Below, in pieces: positions 10,606-20,879 of a DNA stretch of 64,000 nt. Source of the DNA: an uncultured bacterium (GTDB lineage: Bacteria; Krumholzibacteriota; Krumholzibacteriia; Krumholzibacteriales; Krumholzibacteriaceae). Position 1 is the first letter of the stretch; every line of letters begins with the position of its first letter. Position numbers and translations under genes: made by a program. The stretch spans positions 34,514 to 98,513 of the forward strand of contig CAWJVO010000006.1 of NCBI GenBank assembly GCA_963846325.1. The letters run 5' to 3'. The notes below the pieces were generated by a model. The model made no database searches. It was given only the letters and a program-made list of their open reading frames with translations, and had not been told where the DNA came from.

Positions 10606-11528
10606 TAACCGCCGCCGCAATCCTCGGTCCCACGGCCTCCGGCAAGAGCCGGCTCGGAATCAGCCTCGCCCTGCGAACCAACGGAGAGATCCTCTCGATC
10701 GATTCCCGACAGGCCTACCGGCGTATCGATATCGGAACGGCGAAGCCCTCGAAGGAGGATCGCGGCCTCGTTCCGCATCACCTCGTCGATATCTTCGCCC
10801 TCGAGGAAAGGAGCGACGCCCGGAAGTTCGCCGTGCTCGCTCATGCCGCGATGCGGGACGTCGCGTCCCGGGGGAAGATTCCCATTCTCGTCGGGGGATC
10901 GGGGCTCTATTTTCGCGCGATCGAGAAGGGATTTTTCGATATCGCGCTCGAGACGCCGGATCGGATCGCCTTCGCCGATTCGCTGCGGGACGTTTCGAAC
11001 GAATCCCTGCATCGCCGGCTCTCCGCGGTCGATGCGGAAAGCGCGCGGCGAATTCATATGAACGATCGCTACCGGCTCGTTCGCGCCCTCGAGGTTCAGG
11101 CGCTTACCGGGCTCTCTCTCAGCGAGCACGTTCGCCGTCAGCGTCTCGATCCGTCGAGCGAGGGAATCGCGTTCGTCAAGATCGGACTGCGGATCGAGCG
11201 TTCGGAGCTCCACCGGAACATCGCCGGACGCGCGAGGGACATGTTCGCGCGCGGGTGGGTGGATGAGGTCGAGAGTCTTCTCGCGGCGGGGGTCGATCCG
11301 GAATGGCCCGGAATGCGGACGCTCGGATACCCGCAGGTCGTCGCGCACGTCAGGGGAGAGACGCGGCTCGAGGAAACGATCGAGAGAGTATCGGAGCTCA
11401 CGAGACAGTACGCGAAACGCCAGGTCACGTGGTTCAAGAAGGAGCAGGAGATTCATTGGCTCGCGGCCGAGGAAGCCTGGCTCGTCGAGCGTGCCGCCGG
11501 GCTCGTCGAGGGCCTCGCCGGGGGATAA
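10602..11528 (+). CDS. miaA: tRNA dimethylallyltransferase
   Basis: P-loop ILGPTASGKS at the N-terminus. The ATG overlaps the mutL stop (ATGA). The upstream part of the 530-aa track ORF is Arg-rich junk. Confidence 0.93.
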   Translation: MITAAAILGPTASGKSRLGISLALRTNGEILSIDSRQAYRRIDIGTAKPSKEDRGLVPHHLVDIFALEERSDARKFAVLAHAAMRDVASRGKIPILVGGSGLYFRAIEKGFFDIALETPDRIAFADSLRDVSNESLHRRLSAVDAESARRIHMNDRYRLVRALEVQALTGLSLSEHVRRQRLDPSSEGIAFVKIGLRIERSELHRNIAGRARDMFARGWVDEVESLLAAGVDPEWPGMRTLGYPQVVAHVRGETRLEETIERVSELTRQYAKRQVTWFKKEQEIHWLAAEEAWLVERAAGLVEGLAGG

Positions 11529-11586
11529 ATACGTTGACATCGCGGGGGCAACCTGATAGCTTTGGAGGTATCTCAACTGCGTTTAC

Positions 11587-11662
11587 GCGGGCATAGCTCA
11601 GCTGGTAGAGTATCAGCTTCCCAAGCTGAGAGTCGCGGGTTCGAATCCCGTTGCCCGCTCCA
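11587..11662 (+). tRNA. tRNA-Gly (anticodon CCC)
   Basis: Hand-folded cloverleaf: acceptor GCGGGCA/TGCCCGC, anticodon stem TCAGC/GCTGA with loop TTCCCAA, T-loop TTCGAAT, encoded CCA. Confidence 0.9.
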
Positions 11663-11672
11663 TCTTATACCG

Positions 11673-11709
11673 AAACCCCCTTCAGGCCTGACGTTTGGAG
11701 GGGGTTTTT
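11673..11709 (+). terminator. rho-independent terminator after tRNA-Gly
   Basis: AAACCCCCT...AGGGGGTTT stem followed by a T-run (GGGGGTTTTTC). Confidence 0.7.
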
Positions 11710-11720
11710 CACGAGCATCG

Positions 11721-13025
11721 ATGACGGTTCGCATCGACAGAGTTGACGGAGCGCCCGGCTTTTTCCAGCCGGGGGACGAGATCCTCTCGATAGGATCCCG
11801 GCGGATCGAAGATCAGTTCGACGCCCTGTTCTTCACGGCGGGGGAAGGCAAGGCGCGATTCAGCGTCCTTCGCGGCGGCCGCGTGAGATCGCGCACGCTC
11901 ACCTTCGCGGCGTTCGCCCGCGCGCGGATCGTCTTCGACGCGATGAGCTTCATTCCCTGCCGCAGCAAATGCGTCTTCTGCTTCATGGATCAGATGCCCG
12001 CGGGAATGCGGCCCTCGCTGTATGAAAAGGACGACGATTATCGCCTGAGCTTCCTTTTCGGGAATTTCATAACGCTCAACGACGTCCGGGAGAGAGATCT
12101 CGCGCGGATCGCCGCGCTTCGTCTTTCCCCGCTCTACGTGTCCGTTCATGCCGTTCGGAAGAGCGTTCGCGGACGCCTGTTCGGCCGACCGGTGCGCCGG
12201 AACATCCTGGAGGATCTTCGACGGCTCGCGCGCGCCGGCGTCGTCATCCACGCGCAGATCGTCCTCGTCCCCGGAATCAACGACGGAGCGGCGCTTCGGG
12301 AAACGGTGCGCGAGCTCGCCGCGCTGTATCCGGCATGCGCGTCCATCGCCGTCGTTCCGGTCGGCGTCACGAGGCACCGATCGGGCCTGGCCCGGTTGCG
12401 GCGCGTCACCGTCGCCGAATCCCGGGCGCTTCTCGATTGGGCCGCCGGGGAGCGCGATCGCTTGAAGAGAGTCACGGGAGGGGATTGCGTCCTTCATCTC
12501 GCCGACGAGTTCTACCTCATGGCCGGCCGGGTTCTTCCCCCCGCGGCCGATTACGGCGATTTCCCGCAGCTTTCGAACGGAGTGGGCGCCGGCCGATCGT
12601 TTCTCATTCGGCTCGAACGCGACATCGAGCGCGCGAAACGCCGCGCGGACCTTCCGAGAGGCGTCGCGGTCGCGACCGGCGTCCTCGGCGCGAGGTTCCT
12701 GAGGCGCTACGCCGAGCCGCTCATCGCCGAACGGCTGCCGTCGTTTTCGCTCCGTCTCGTCGTCGTTCCCAACATCCTTTTCGGACCGACGGTGACCGTT
12801 TCGGGACTCCTCTCGGGCGCGGATATCGCGCGCGCGGCGCGGCGGCACCGGGACGCTCGCTGTCTCGTGATTCCTCCCAACGCGGTCAATCACGAGGGGC
12901 GCTTCATCGACGATATGAACGCTCGAGATCTCGAGCGCGAGCTCGGCATTCCCGTCGTGGTCGCCCGATCCACCTTTCTCGAGAATCGCGTCGCGAGGGC
13001 ATGCAAGGGGGGGCGAGCCCGATGA
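11721..13025 (+). CDS. DUF512-type radical-SAM-like protein with N-terminal PDZ-like segment
   Basis: ATG at 11721 lies just after the terminator; the longer track ORF runs through tRNA-Gly. Has the Cys cluster CRSKCVFCF, and overall resembles the PDZ/radical-SAM/DUF512 family commonly found next to der. Confidence 0.7.
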   Translation: MTVRIDRVDGAPGFFQPGDEILSIGSRRIEDQFDALFFTAGEGKARFSVLRGGRVRSRTLTFAAFARARIVFDAMSFIPCRSKCVFCFMDQMPAGMRPSLYEKDDDYRLSFLFGNFITLNDVRERDLARIAALRLSPLYVSVHAVRKSVRGRLFGRPVRRNILEDLRRLARAGVVIHAQIVLVPGINDGAALRETVRELAALYPACASIAVVPVGVTRHRSGLARLRRVTVAESRALLDWAAGERDRLKRVTGGDCVLHLADEFYLMAGRVLPPAADYGDFPQLSNGVGAGRSFLIRLERDIERAKRRADLPRGVAVATGVLGARFLRRYAEPLIAERLPSFSLRLVVVPNILFGPTVTVSGLLSGADIARAARRHRDARCLVIPPNAVNHEGRFIDDMNARDLERELGIPVVVARSTFLENRVARACKGGRAR

Positions 13026-14338
13026 AGAAAATGCCGATCGTCGTCATCGTCGGAAAGCCCAACGCGGGAAAATCGACGCTCTTCAACCGTATCGTCCGGC
13101 GCCGCAAGGCGATCATGCACGCCACGCGGGGCGTCACCAGGGATTCGGTGGAGGAGAAGGTAACCTGGAACGGCGTCACGTTCGTTCTCGTCGACACGGG
13201 CGGATTCAGCGCCGGGACGAAAGACCATATCACCCGGGAGATCCGCTCGCGCGTCGCGCACGCGGCCCGGGACGCCGCAGTCATTATCTTTGTCGTCGAC
13301 ATCGATACGGGGGTGACGGAAGAGGATGAATCGCTGCTCCGCGATCTGCGGCGCGAACGGGAACGGATGATCCTCGTCGTCAATAAAATCGAGAACGACG
13401 CCGATCGATGGGGCGTGCACGAATTTCACAAGCTCGGCTTCAAGGACATGCACGTTCTCAGCGCAATCCATGGAACGGGAATCGGCGAGGTGCTCGACGA
13501 CGTGACGTCGCGCCTTCCCCGGAAAACGGAAACCGCGGGGCCCGATCCGATCGCGATCGCGATCGTCGGCAAGCCGAACGTCGGCAAGAGCTCGCTCGTG
13601 AACGCCCTCGTCGGCGAGGATCGCAACATCGTCTCGGAGCTGCCCGGGACGACGCGGGATTCGATCAATATCGTCGTGCGGAGGGAGGGGCGGGAATTCG
13701 TCCTCATCGATACGGCGGGGGTGAAGCGCCGCGCTCGAACCGAGAGGGGACTCGCCGCCATCACGAGCCAGAAGAGCCTGTCGAGCGCCCGGAACGCCGA
13801 CGTCGTCGCCGTGATGATCGACGCGTCCGTGCCGATCTCGAGGCAGGACGTCCGCGTCGCGTCCGAAGGGCACCGGGCGCGCAAAGGGATGATGATCCTC
13901 CTCAATAAATGGGATCTCATCGAGAAGGATTCGAACACGTCCGAGCGCTATGTGGCGGAGGTTCGGGAATCGATGTCGTTCCTTGCGTATGCCCCGGCGG
14001 TCACGATCTCCGCACTTACCGGGCTCCGCGTGGAGAGGATCTTCCCCCTCGCCGTGGCCATCGAAAAGGCCCGCGGGCTCCAGATAAAAACCTCCGAGCT
14101 CAACAGAGTGCTCGAGAAGATCATCGAAAAAAGCCCTCCGAGCCACTATGGCGGAGGCACCGGCAAGGTGTACTACGCGACGCAAACTGGAGTCAAACCG
14201 CCGAACTTCACGCTTTTTGTGAACCAAGCCTCCTATTTTCCTCGTTCTTATGTACGTTATCTCAATAATCAACTCAGAAAAGTGTTTACCTTCGAGGGAA
14301 CGATCGTTACAATCTCTCTCAAATCCAAGGAGAGGTGA
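13022..14338 (+). CDS. der: ribosome-associated GTPase Der (EngA)
   Basis: Two tandem G domains (GKPNAGKST and GKPNVGKSS; NKID/NKWD motifs) plus a KH-like C-terminus. The ATG overlaps the upstream stop. Confidence 0.95.
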   Translation: MKKMPIVVIVGKPNAGKSTLFNRIVRRRKAIMHATRGVTRDSVEEKVTWNGVTFVLVDTGGFSAGTKDHITREIRSRVAHAARDAAVIIFVVDIDTGVTEEDESLLRDLRRERERMILVVNKIENDADRWGVHEFHKLGFKDMHVLSAIHGTGIGEVLDDVTSRLPRKTETAGPDPIAIAIVGKPNVGKSSLVNALVGEDRNIVSELPGTTRDSINIVVRREGREFVLIDTAGVKRRARTERGLAAITSQKSLSSARNADVVAVMIDASVPISRQDVRVASEGHRARKGMMILLNKWDLIEKDSNTSERYVAEVRESMSFLAYAPAVTISALTGLRVERIFPLAVAIEKARGLQIKTSELNRVLEKIIEKSPPSHYGGGTGKVYYATQTGVKPPNFTLFVNQASYFPRSYVRYLNNQLRKVFTFEGTIVTISLKSKER

Positions 14339-14952
14339 TGGACGTTTTCCTGAAGGTTCTTTTCGTCGCGGCGACCAGCTATTTTCTGGGATCGATCCCC
14401 TCGAGCTACTGCATGGGAAAGCTTCTGAGAGGCATCGACCTCAGAGAGCACGGGAGCGGCAACCTCGGCGCGGCGAACACCTATCGGGTGCTCGGCCTCA
14501 AGGCGGCCATACCGGTTCTTCTCTTCGACATCGGCAAGGGCTTCGTCGCCGTTCATTACCTCTCGAAGCTGGGAGGAAGCGGTATCGCGTTCGCCCTGCT
14601 TGCGGCTCTCGCCGTGGTCGTCGGACACAACTACTCCCTATTTGTCCGTTTTTCGGGAGGGAAGGGAGTCGGCGCCACCGCCGGAGCGTTTCTCGCGCTC
14701 GCTCCCCACGCCGTCGGGATGTGCGTCGCTCTCTGGATCGCCACCCTGCTCGCGACGCGGATCGTTTCGGTGGCGAGCCTGGCGAGCGCGGCGTTCCTGC
14801 CGGCTTCGATACCGATCGCCAACCGGCTATTCGGCGCCCGGGTGCATTATTCCATCACGCTGCTCGCCGTGGCGGCGGCGGTCGTCGTATTCGTAAAGCA
14901 TCGCTCGAATATCGTGCGGTTGCGGAGCGGTACGGAAAAAAAGATCTTCTAG
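14335..14952 (+). CDS. plsY: glycerol-3-phosphate acyltransferase PlsY
   Basis: Polytopic membrane protein with the GSGNLGAANTYRVLG motif. Start is GTG 14335 or ATG 14338 (TGATG overlap with the der stop). Confidence 0.92.
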   Translation: MMDVFLKVLFVAATSYFLGSIPSSYCMGKLLRGIDLREHGSGNLGAANTYRVLGLKAAIPVLLFDIGKGFVAVHYLSKLGGSGIAFALLAALAVVVGHNYSLFVRFSGGKGVGATAGAFLALAPHAVGMCVALWIATLLATRIVSVASLASAAFLPASIPIANRLFGARVHYSITLLAVAAAVVVFVKHRSNIVRLRSGTEKKIF

Positions 14953-14964
14953 GCGGTTCATTCC

Positions 14965-15996
14965 ATGACGAAGGCCGAAAAACACGCCCATCCGACCCGC
15001 GTCGCGGTCCTCGGCGCGGGGAGCTGGGGAACGACGCTCGCAATCCTTCTCGACGAGAAGGGGTACGAGGTGCGTCTGTGGGAGTACTTCCCCGAATTGG
15101 CCGATACGATCCGGCGTGAAGGCGAAAACAGCCGCTTTCTGCCGGGAATCCCGGTGCCGGGATCGATCCGGATCACCTCGGCGATGGACGAGGCTCTCGC
15201 CGGCGCTTCGCGCGTCGTCTTCGTCACGCCGAGCCATACGATTCGGAGTGTCGCGCGCCTCGCGCGATCGTCGCCGTCCTTCGATAAACGGGCGATCGCC
15301 ATCAACGCGGCGAAAGGGCTCGAGGAGCGCACGCTCTGCAGAATGAGCGAGGTCCTCTCCCAGGAGCTTCCGACCCCGAAACGAAGGATCGTCGGTCTCC
15401 TCGGCCCGAGCCACGCGGAGGAAGTCAGCAGGCGGATGCCCACGTCGGTCGTGGTCGCCGGAGTCGACGCGGAGGTCCTGAGGGAGATCCAGGGACTCTT
15501 CATGAACGAGTATTTCCGGGTGTACACGAATACCGATCTCATCGGAGTCGAGCTCGGCGTCTCCCTCAAGAACACGATCGCCATAGCCGCCGGCATCTGC
15601 GACGGGCTGGGATTCGGCGACAACACGAAAGCGGCCCTCATAACCCGCGGTCTCGCCGAAATAAAGCGCCTCGCCTGCACGATGGGGGGCAGGGAGGAAA
15701 CGCTCAGCGGGCTCGCCGGCGTCGGCGACCTCATCGTCACGTGCATGAGCCGCCACAGCCGGAACCGCCATGTCGGGGAGGAGATCGGCAGAGGCAAGAA
15801 GCTCCCCGAGGTGCTCTCCGAAATGGTAATGGTGGCGGAAGGGGTCAAGACGACGCGCGCGGCGGTCAAGCTGGCCGCCCGGGCAGGGATCGAGCTGCCT
15901 ATCGCGGAGCAGGTTCATCGTGTGCTCTTCCGCGGGAAGGATCCCCGCAGAGCGATAAAGGATCTCATGATTCGCAAGGCGAAGAAGGAGATGTAG
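14965..15996 (+). CDS. gpsA: NAD(P)H-dependent glycerol-3-phosphate dehydrogenase
   Basis: Rossmann motif VAVLGAGSWGTTLA. Conserved GpsA core (GLKNTIAIAAGI). Confidence 0.95.
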   Translation: MTKAEKHAHPTRVAVLGAGSWGTTLAILLDEKGYEVRLWEYFPELADTIRREGENSRFLPGIPVPGSIRITSAMDEALAGASRVVFVTPSHTIRSVARLARSSPSFDKRAIAINAAKGLEERTLCRMSEVLSQELPTPKRRIVGLLGPSHAEEVSRRMPTSVVVAGVDAEVLREIQGLFMNEYFRVYTNTDLIGVELGVSLKNTIAIAAGICDGLGFGDNTKAALITRGLAEIKRLACTMGGREETLSGLAGVGDLIVTCMSRHSRNRHVGEEIGRGKKLPEVLSEMVMVAEGVKTTRAAVKLAARAGIELPIAEQVHRVLFRGKDPRRAIKDLMIRKAKKEM

Positions 15997-16036
15997 CGCC
16001 GCGGGTGAAAAACGTTCCCGCGGCCGGCAAGGAAGC

Positions 16037-16408
16037 GTGATGGCCATGAAAGCGAACCAGAAGCTCTACTATTCCATCGGCGAAGTGAGCGACCTCCTCA
16101 AGGTGAAGCCGCATGTCCTCCGGTACTGGGAATCACAATTCCCCGCCCTCAGTCCGAAGAAGAACCGGGCGGGCAACCGGACCTACCGCGTGAGGGATAT
16201 CAAGCTCCTCATGGCCATACAAACGCTCCTGTACGACCGGAAATATACCATCGCCGGCGCCCGCCGGAAGCTCAAGGATTTCAACAACGATCCTTCGGTC
16301 GTCGCGGAGCAGCTCAATATTCCGTTCGCGGATCCGGAAAAGCGGCGCATTCTCACCTCGCTCAGGAAAGACCTCCTGGAGCTCAAGGACCTCGCCGAAA
16401 CGCTTTGA
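16037..16408 (+). CDS. MerR-family transcriptional regulator (short form)
   Basis: N-terminal HTH YSIGEVSDLLKVKPHVLRYWE...R.YRVRDI typical of MerR-type DNA-binding domains. Confidence 0.8.
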   Translation: MMAMKANQKLYYSIGEVSDLLKVKPHVLRYWESQFPALSPKKNRAGNRTYRVRDIKLLMAIQTLLYDRKYTIAGARRKLKDFNNDPSVVAEQLNIPFADPEKRRILTSLRKDLLELKDLAETL

Positions 16409-16522
16409 ACCGTTCGAAGCGCGATCCCCGACTCCCGCGGCGAGGCCGGAACGGAAGTCGTCCCCGCCGCGTCAAATTCCCTTGTGTTCATCCGGAAAAC
16501 GATGATATTCTATCGATACGGT

Positions 16523-16600
<78 letters not shown>

Positions 16601-16620
16601 ATATTTTTCTTCGCGAGAAC

Positions 16621-17463
16621 ATGATTTCATATATCCTATATCGCACGGCGTCCCTCCTCGCCGATTCGCTCCCCCAAGCCCTTTGCACGAAGATCGCCGC
16701 GGCCGTCGCGTTCCTTTTTTATGTTTTCAGGCCCCGGATCCGGAGAAACGTCCGCACGAATTTCGAGAAGCTCGGAATGCGCCCCGGGAGCACGTATCCC
16801 GTTTTCAGGAATTTTTCGCGGGCGGTCGCCGACCTCATGCGGCTTTCGCATTTGAGCGGGGACAAGCTCGACGCTCTGTGCCGCGTCCGCGGAATCGAGA
16901 ATCTCGATCGTGCCCAAAAGAAGGGGAGGGGAACGATCCTCTTCGCCCCGCACGTCGGCCCATGGGAGCTCGCCGGGGCCTGCATGAGCCGGCGCGGATA
17001 CCGGATGAATACCGTCGCGCTCGAGCACCCGTCCCCGCGCGTGACGCGCTTCCTGAGCGAGATACGCAACGCCTGGGGCGTCAGGGATTATTCGTCCCGC
17101 TCCTGCGGAACGGCGCTCATGAAGGCCCTCGAGAAAGGAGAGACGATCGTCCTTCTCGTCGATCGCAATTTCTCGCGAAGGGGCAAGCGGATGAGGTTCC
17201 TCGATTCCGACGTCCTGCTCCCCGACGGACACGTCACGCTCTCGCTTCGTTCGGGCGCTCCGCTGCTTCCCTGCTGTTCCTGGTATACGCCCGACGGGAG
17301 CATCGAGATCGCCGTCGGAGAGGAGGTTCGCGTGCCGGAAACCGGGGATCCCCGAGACGCCGTCGGGCGCGCGTGCCTCGGGAAGATAGAGGAATTCGTA
17401 CGGTCCCATCCCGAACAGTGGTTCGCATTCGATCACCTGTGGGAGGTCGAACGGAATGCTTGA
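16621..17463 (+). CDS. lysophospholipid/lipid A-type acyltransferase (LpxL/HtrB-like LPLAT family)
   Basis: N-terminal membrane anchor, HX4E acyltransferase motif (HVGPWE), and family-typical length. Confidence 0.72.
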   Translation: MISYILYRTASLLADSLPQALCTKIAAAVAFLFYVFRPRIRRNVRTNFEKLGMRPGSTYPVFRNFSRAVADLMRLSHLSGDKLDALCRVRGIENLDRAQKKGRGTILFAPHVGPWELAGACMSRRGYRMNTVALEHPSPRVTRFLSEIRNAWGVRDYSSRSCGTALMKALEKGETIVLLVDRNFSRRGKRMRFLDSDVLLPDGHVTLSLRSGAPLLPCCSWYTPDGSIEIAVGEEVRVPETGDPRDAVGRACLGKIEEFVRSHPEQWFAFDHLWEVERNA

Positions 17464-18133
17464 ACGTTTCGCGGCGATCGTTCCCGCGTACAACGCGGCC
17501 CCGTTCATCGAGCCGGTGCTCGCATCGATCTCGCGCCACATCCCTGCGCGCAATATCGTCGTCGTGGACGACGGATCGATCGACGGAACGGCGGAGGCGG
17601 CGAGGCGCTGCGGCGCGCGCGTCGTCCGGCACGAGGCGAACAGGGGCAAGGGGGCCGCGGTCCGGACCGCGCAGCATGTCGTCGCATCGCTGAGCGATAT
17701 CGACGCCTTCATCATGCTCGACGCGGACGGGCAGCACGATCCCGCGGAGATTCCGCGTTTCGCCGAGGAATTCGCGAAGGGAAACGCGGATCTCATCGTC
17801 GGCGACCGCCTGGCGGCCGTCGGCGGGATGCCCGCGATCCGCGTTTTCACGAATCGCCTCACATCGGCGGTCGTCAGCCTCCGTGCCGGCCAGCGTATCC
17901 CCGACAGCCAGAACGGCTACCGGCTCATTCGCGCCTCGCTCTTTGCGCGCCTCGAGCTCGTGACGTCCCGGTACGAGATCGACAGCGAGATCGTCATCAA
18001 GGCCTGCCGTTCGGGAGGGCGGGTTGCGTCGATCCCGGTGCGAACGATCTACGGGAGCGAGAAGAGCGCGATCCATCCCCTGCGCGATACATTCCGGTTC
18101 ATTGCTCTGGTCACGCGAAGCCTTTTCTGGTAG
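17456..18133 (+). CDS. family 2 glycosyltransferase
   Basis: GT-A signature IVPAYNAAPFI...VVVDDGSIDGT...DADGQHD. Overlaps the acyltransferase stop by 8 nt. Confidence 0.82.
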   Translation: MLERFAAIVPAYNAAPFIEPVLASISRHIPARNIVVVDDGSIDGTAEAARRCGARVVRHEANRGKGAAVRTAQHVVASLSDIDAFIMLDADGQHDPAEIPRFAEEFAKGNADLIVGDRLAAVGGMPAIRVFTNRLTSAVVSLRAGQRIPDSQNGYRLIRASLFARLELVTSRYEIDSEIVIKACRSGGRVASIPVRTIYGSEKSAIHPLRDTFRFIALVTRSLFW

Positions 18134-18186
18134 CATCCCTTTTTCGGGAACGCGCGATATTCGCGGGGAGCCATCGATGGACGCCG

Positions 18187-18956
18187 AAAAGACGATCCTC
18201 ATAACCAACGACGACGGAATCTCCGCCGGGGGTCTCGGCGCCCTCGAGCGGGCGCTCGAAGGGATCGGCCGCGTCGTCGTCGTGGCCCCGGAGCAGGAGC
18301 AGAGCGCGTCGAGCCACGCGATAACCCTCGACAAGCCGCTCAGAATCAAGGAGCATTCTCCGTCGAGATTCGGCGTATCGGGAACTCCCACCGACTGCGT
18401 CATCCTGGCCATTCACGGGATCCTCAAGCGTAAACCTGATCTCATCGTTTCCGGCATCAATCACGGACCGAACATGGGCGAGGACGTCACCTATTCCGGC
18501 ACGGTCGCCGCCGCTATCGAAGGGTGTATTCTCGGCATCAACTCTATGGCTGTTTCGCTCGCGACGTGGGAAGATGTTTCGTTCGACGGCGCCGCGAGCG
18601 CCGCGCGCCAGCTCGCGCGATCTCTCGTCGTCATGAAGGGGGACAAAGCCCGGCTCTGGAACGTCAACGTTCCCGCGATTCCCGCGTCGGCCATCAAGGG
18701 ATTCAGGGTGGCGAGGCTCGGATCGCGCGTGTACAACGATATCATCATCAGGAAGAAGGACCCCCGGGGGAAAGACTACTTCTGGATCGGCGGGGCGGAG
18801 CCCGGCTGGAACGCCGGCGAGAACACCGATTTCGCGGCCGTGAGCGGCGGATACGTTTCGATCACGCCGCTCAGGCTCGATTTCACCGACACCGAGGGCA
18901 TCGAGGAGCTGGAGGAACACGGCCTCGCATGGAATCCGGAAATCATTACGCGATAG
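18187..18956 (+). CDS. surE: 5'/3'-nucleotidase SurE
   Basis: N-terminus ILITNDDGISAGG and motif GINHGPNMG. Start chosen at MDAEKT; the upstream track extension is out of family. Confidence 0.93.
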
Positions 18957-19570
18957 CGCGCCGCCGGATGGTGGACGAGCAGCTCCGTGCCCGCGGCATC
19001 ACCGACGAAGGCGTCCTCAAGGCATTCCTCGCCGTGCCGCGCCACCGTTTCGTCGACGCCGCCGTCGGAAGCAGGGCGTACGACGACTGCTCGTTTCCGA
19101 TCGGGTACGATCAGACGATTTCCCAGCCCTATACGATCGCTTTTATGGTTCAGTCGCTCGAGGTGAAACGGCTGCACCGCGTGCTCGAGATCGGAACGGG
19201 ATCGGGCTATCAGACCGCGATACTCTCGCTTCTCGCCCGCGACGTGTTTTCGATCGAGCGGCTCGCCCCGCTCCTCAAGAAGGCGGAGGGCGTTCTGGGC
19301 GGAATCCGTACGGGAAGCATCCGCGTGAAGCTGGCCGACGGCGCCCTCGGCTGGGCGAGCTACGCTCCGTTCGATCGTATCGTCGTATCCGCGGCGATGC
19401 CCGAACGTCCGCTGAAGCTCCTCGAACAGCTCGGCGAAGGCGGCCGGTTGATCGCTCCGATCAGCGAAACCGCAGAGTGCATCATCCTCTTTACGAAACA
19501 GGGCGGAGACGTCACGGAGCAGCGCCTCGCCCGGTGCTCGTTCGTTCCCCTTCTGAAAGGAGCGGGCTAG
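18939..19570 (+). CDS. pcm: protein-L-isoaspartate O-methyltransferase
   Basis: SAM-binding motif VLEIGTGSGYQTA. Conserved surE-pcm pairing. Overlaps the surE end by 18 nt. Confidence 0.92.
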
Positions 19571-20077
19571 GTGGATTTCCTTCTGTTGACAACGGCGCTT
19601 TCTCACAGGCTCTGGACGTTTTTCATCGCCATGATTCCCCTCGCGGAGCTCAGGGGATCGATGCCGTACGCCATGTTCGTCCTGAAAATGCATTGGCAGG
19701 AGGCGTTGATACTGTCGATACTCGGGAATTTCGTGCCGGTGATCCCCTTTCTCTTCTTCCTCGAGCGCTTCACGGAACGGCTCATGAAATATCCGCGTTT
19801 GAATCGATTCATGACCTGGACATTCAACCGGACACGAAGCAAGAGCTCGGCGATCGAGAAGTTCGAGGCGATCGGCCTCTCCCTTTTCGTCGGCGTGCCG
19901 CTCCCGCTCACCGGGGCGTGGTCGGGGTGCGTCGCGGCGTACCTTTTCCGGATTCCGATGCGCCACTCGATTCCGGCGATCTTCGGGGGGATCGTTCTAG
20001 CCGGCGTCCTGGTGACGCTTGTCTGTCTCGGCGTCATTCAGGGAGCGGACATATTTCTCGGCCATTGGGGCCGATGA
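19571..20077 (+). CDS. small membrane protein of the putative small multidrug export (COG2426-like) family
   Basis: GTG start directly after the pcm stop. Four predicted TM helices. N-terminal motif IPLAELRGSMPYA is typical of this family. Confidence 0.55.
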   Translation: MDFLLLTTALSHRLWTFFIAMIPLAELRGSMPYAMFVLKMHWQEALILSILGNFVPVIPFLFFLERFTERLMKYPRLNRFMTWTFNRTRSKSSAIEKFEAIGLSLFVGVPLPLTGAWSGCVAAYLFRIPMRHSIPAIFGGIVLAGVLVTLVCLGVIQGADIFLGHWGR

Positions 20078-20138
20078 GCGGCCCGGCAATAAATTCCATT
20101 GAGATATTGCCCGCCGGATGTTATCCTTACGGTTAGGT

Positions 20139-20216
20139 CGGGGCGTAGCGCAGCCCGGTTAGCGCGCCTGGTTCGGGACCAGGAGGTCGGTGGTTCAACT
20201 CCACTCGCCCCGACCA
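20139..20216 (+). tRNA. tRNA-Pro (anticodon CGG)
   Basis: Acceptor CGGGGCG/CGCCCCG, anticodon stem CCTGG/CCAGG with loop TTCGGGA, T-loop TTCAACT, encoded CCA. Confidence 0.9.
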
Positions 20217-20240
20217 ATTTTTACTCTCATCCTTCAAAGC

Positions 20241-20879
20241 ATGAATCGACGCAGCCGAAATCTCGCCGACAACAGGGCCTCGGCCGGCTGTGCCGCGCGG
20301 TCGCCGTCCGGGCCGTCGTTCCGCGCATCCGCGCTCGTTCTCGCCGCCATCGGCTTCGCGCTGCCGTGGGCGATGAGCGCGTGCGCCCCCGCGCCGATAT
20401 ACCGCTCCCACCCGGTGGCGCGCGAAACCGAACCCAGGGAAGCCGGTTCCCGCGATCCGGGAATCCCCGACCTCGGGATTAAGCTGCACCCTCCCGTGAA
20501 AGGCTTCAGTCCGGCGCGAATCACGAGCCGTTTCGGCATGCGATCGTCGACCGCGCGGCGCCACGACGGCGTCGACATCAAGGCCGCGCCGGGGGAGGAG
20601 ATACTCGCGGCCGCATCGGGATCGGTCGCTTTTTCCGGACGCAAGCGGGGATACGGAAACGTCGTGATCATCGATCACGGAAACGGAGTGAGCACCCTCT
20701 ACGCCCACCTGTTTTCCTCGAGCGTGAGGGCGGGCGAGTCGATCGCGGCGGGGGAGGGGGTCGGCCGGGCCGGCAAGCGCGGGAGAGCGACGGGCACGCA
20801 CCTGCATTTCGAAGTGAGGCGGGGGGGCGCTCCGATCGATCCCGGGCCCTACCTTTGGCTTGATTCCGGGGGGGAATGA
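20241..20879 (+). CDS. M23-family murein endopeptidase (lipoprotein-like)
   Basis: Signal/lipobox-like N-terminus (...WAMSAC). LytM motifs HDGVDIKA and GTHLHFEVR. Start set after tRNA-Pro. Confidence 0.85.
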   Translation: MNRRSRNLADNRASAGCAARSPSGPSFRASALVLAAIGFALPWAMSACAPAPIYRSHPVARETEPREAGSRDPGIPDLGIKLHPPVKGFSPARITSRFGMRSSTARRHDGVDIKAAPGEEILAAASGSVAFSGRKRGYGNVVIIDHGNGVSTLYAHLFSSSVRAGESIAAGEGVGRAGKRGRATGTHLHFEVRRGGAPIDPGPYLWLDSGGE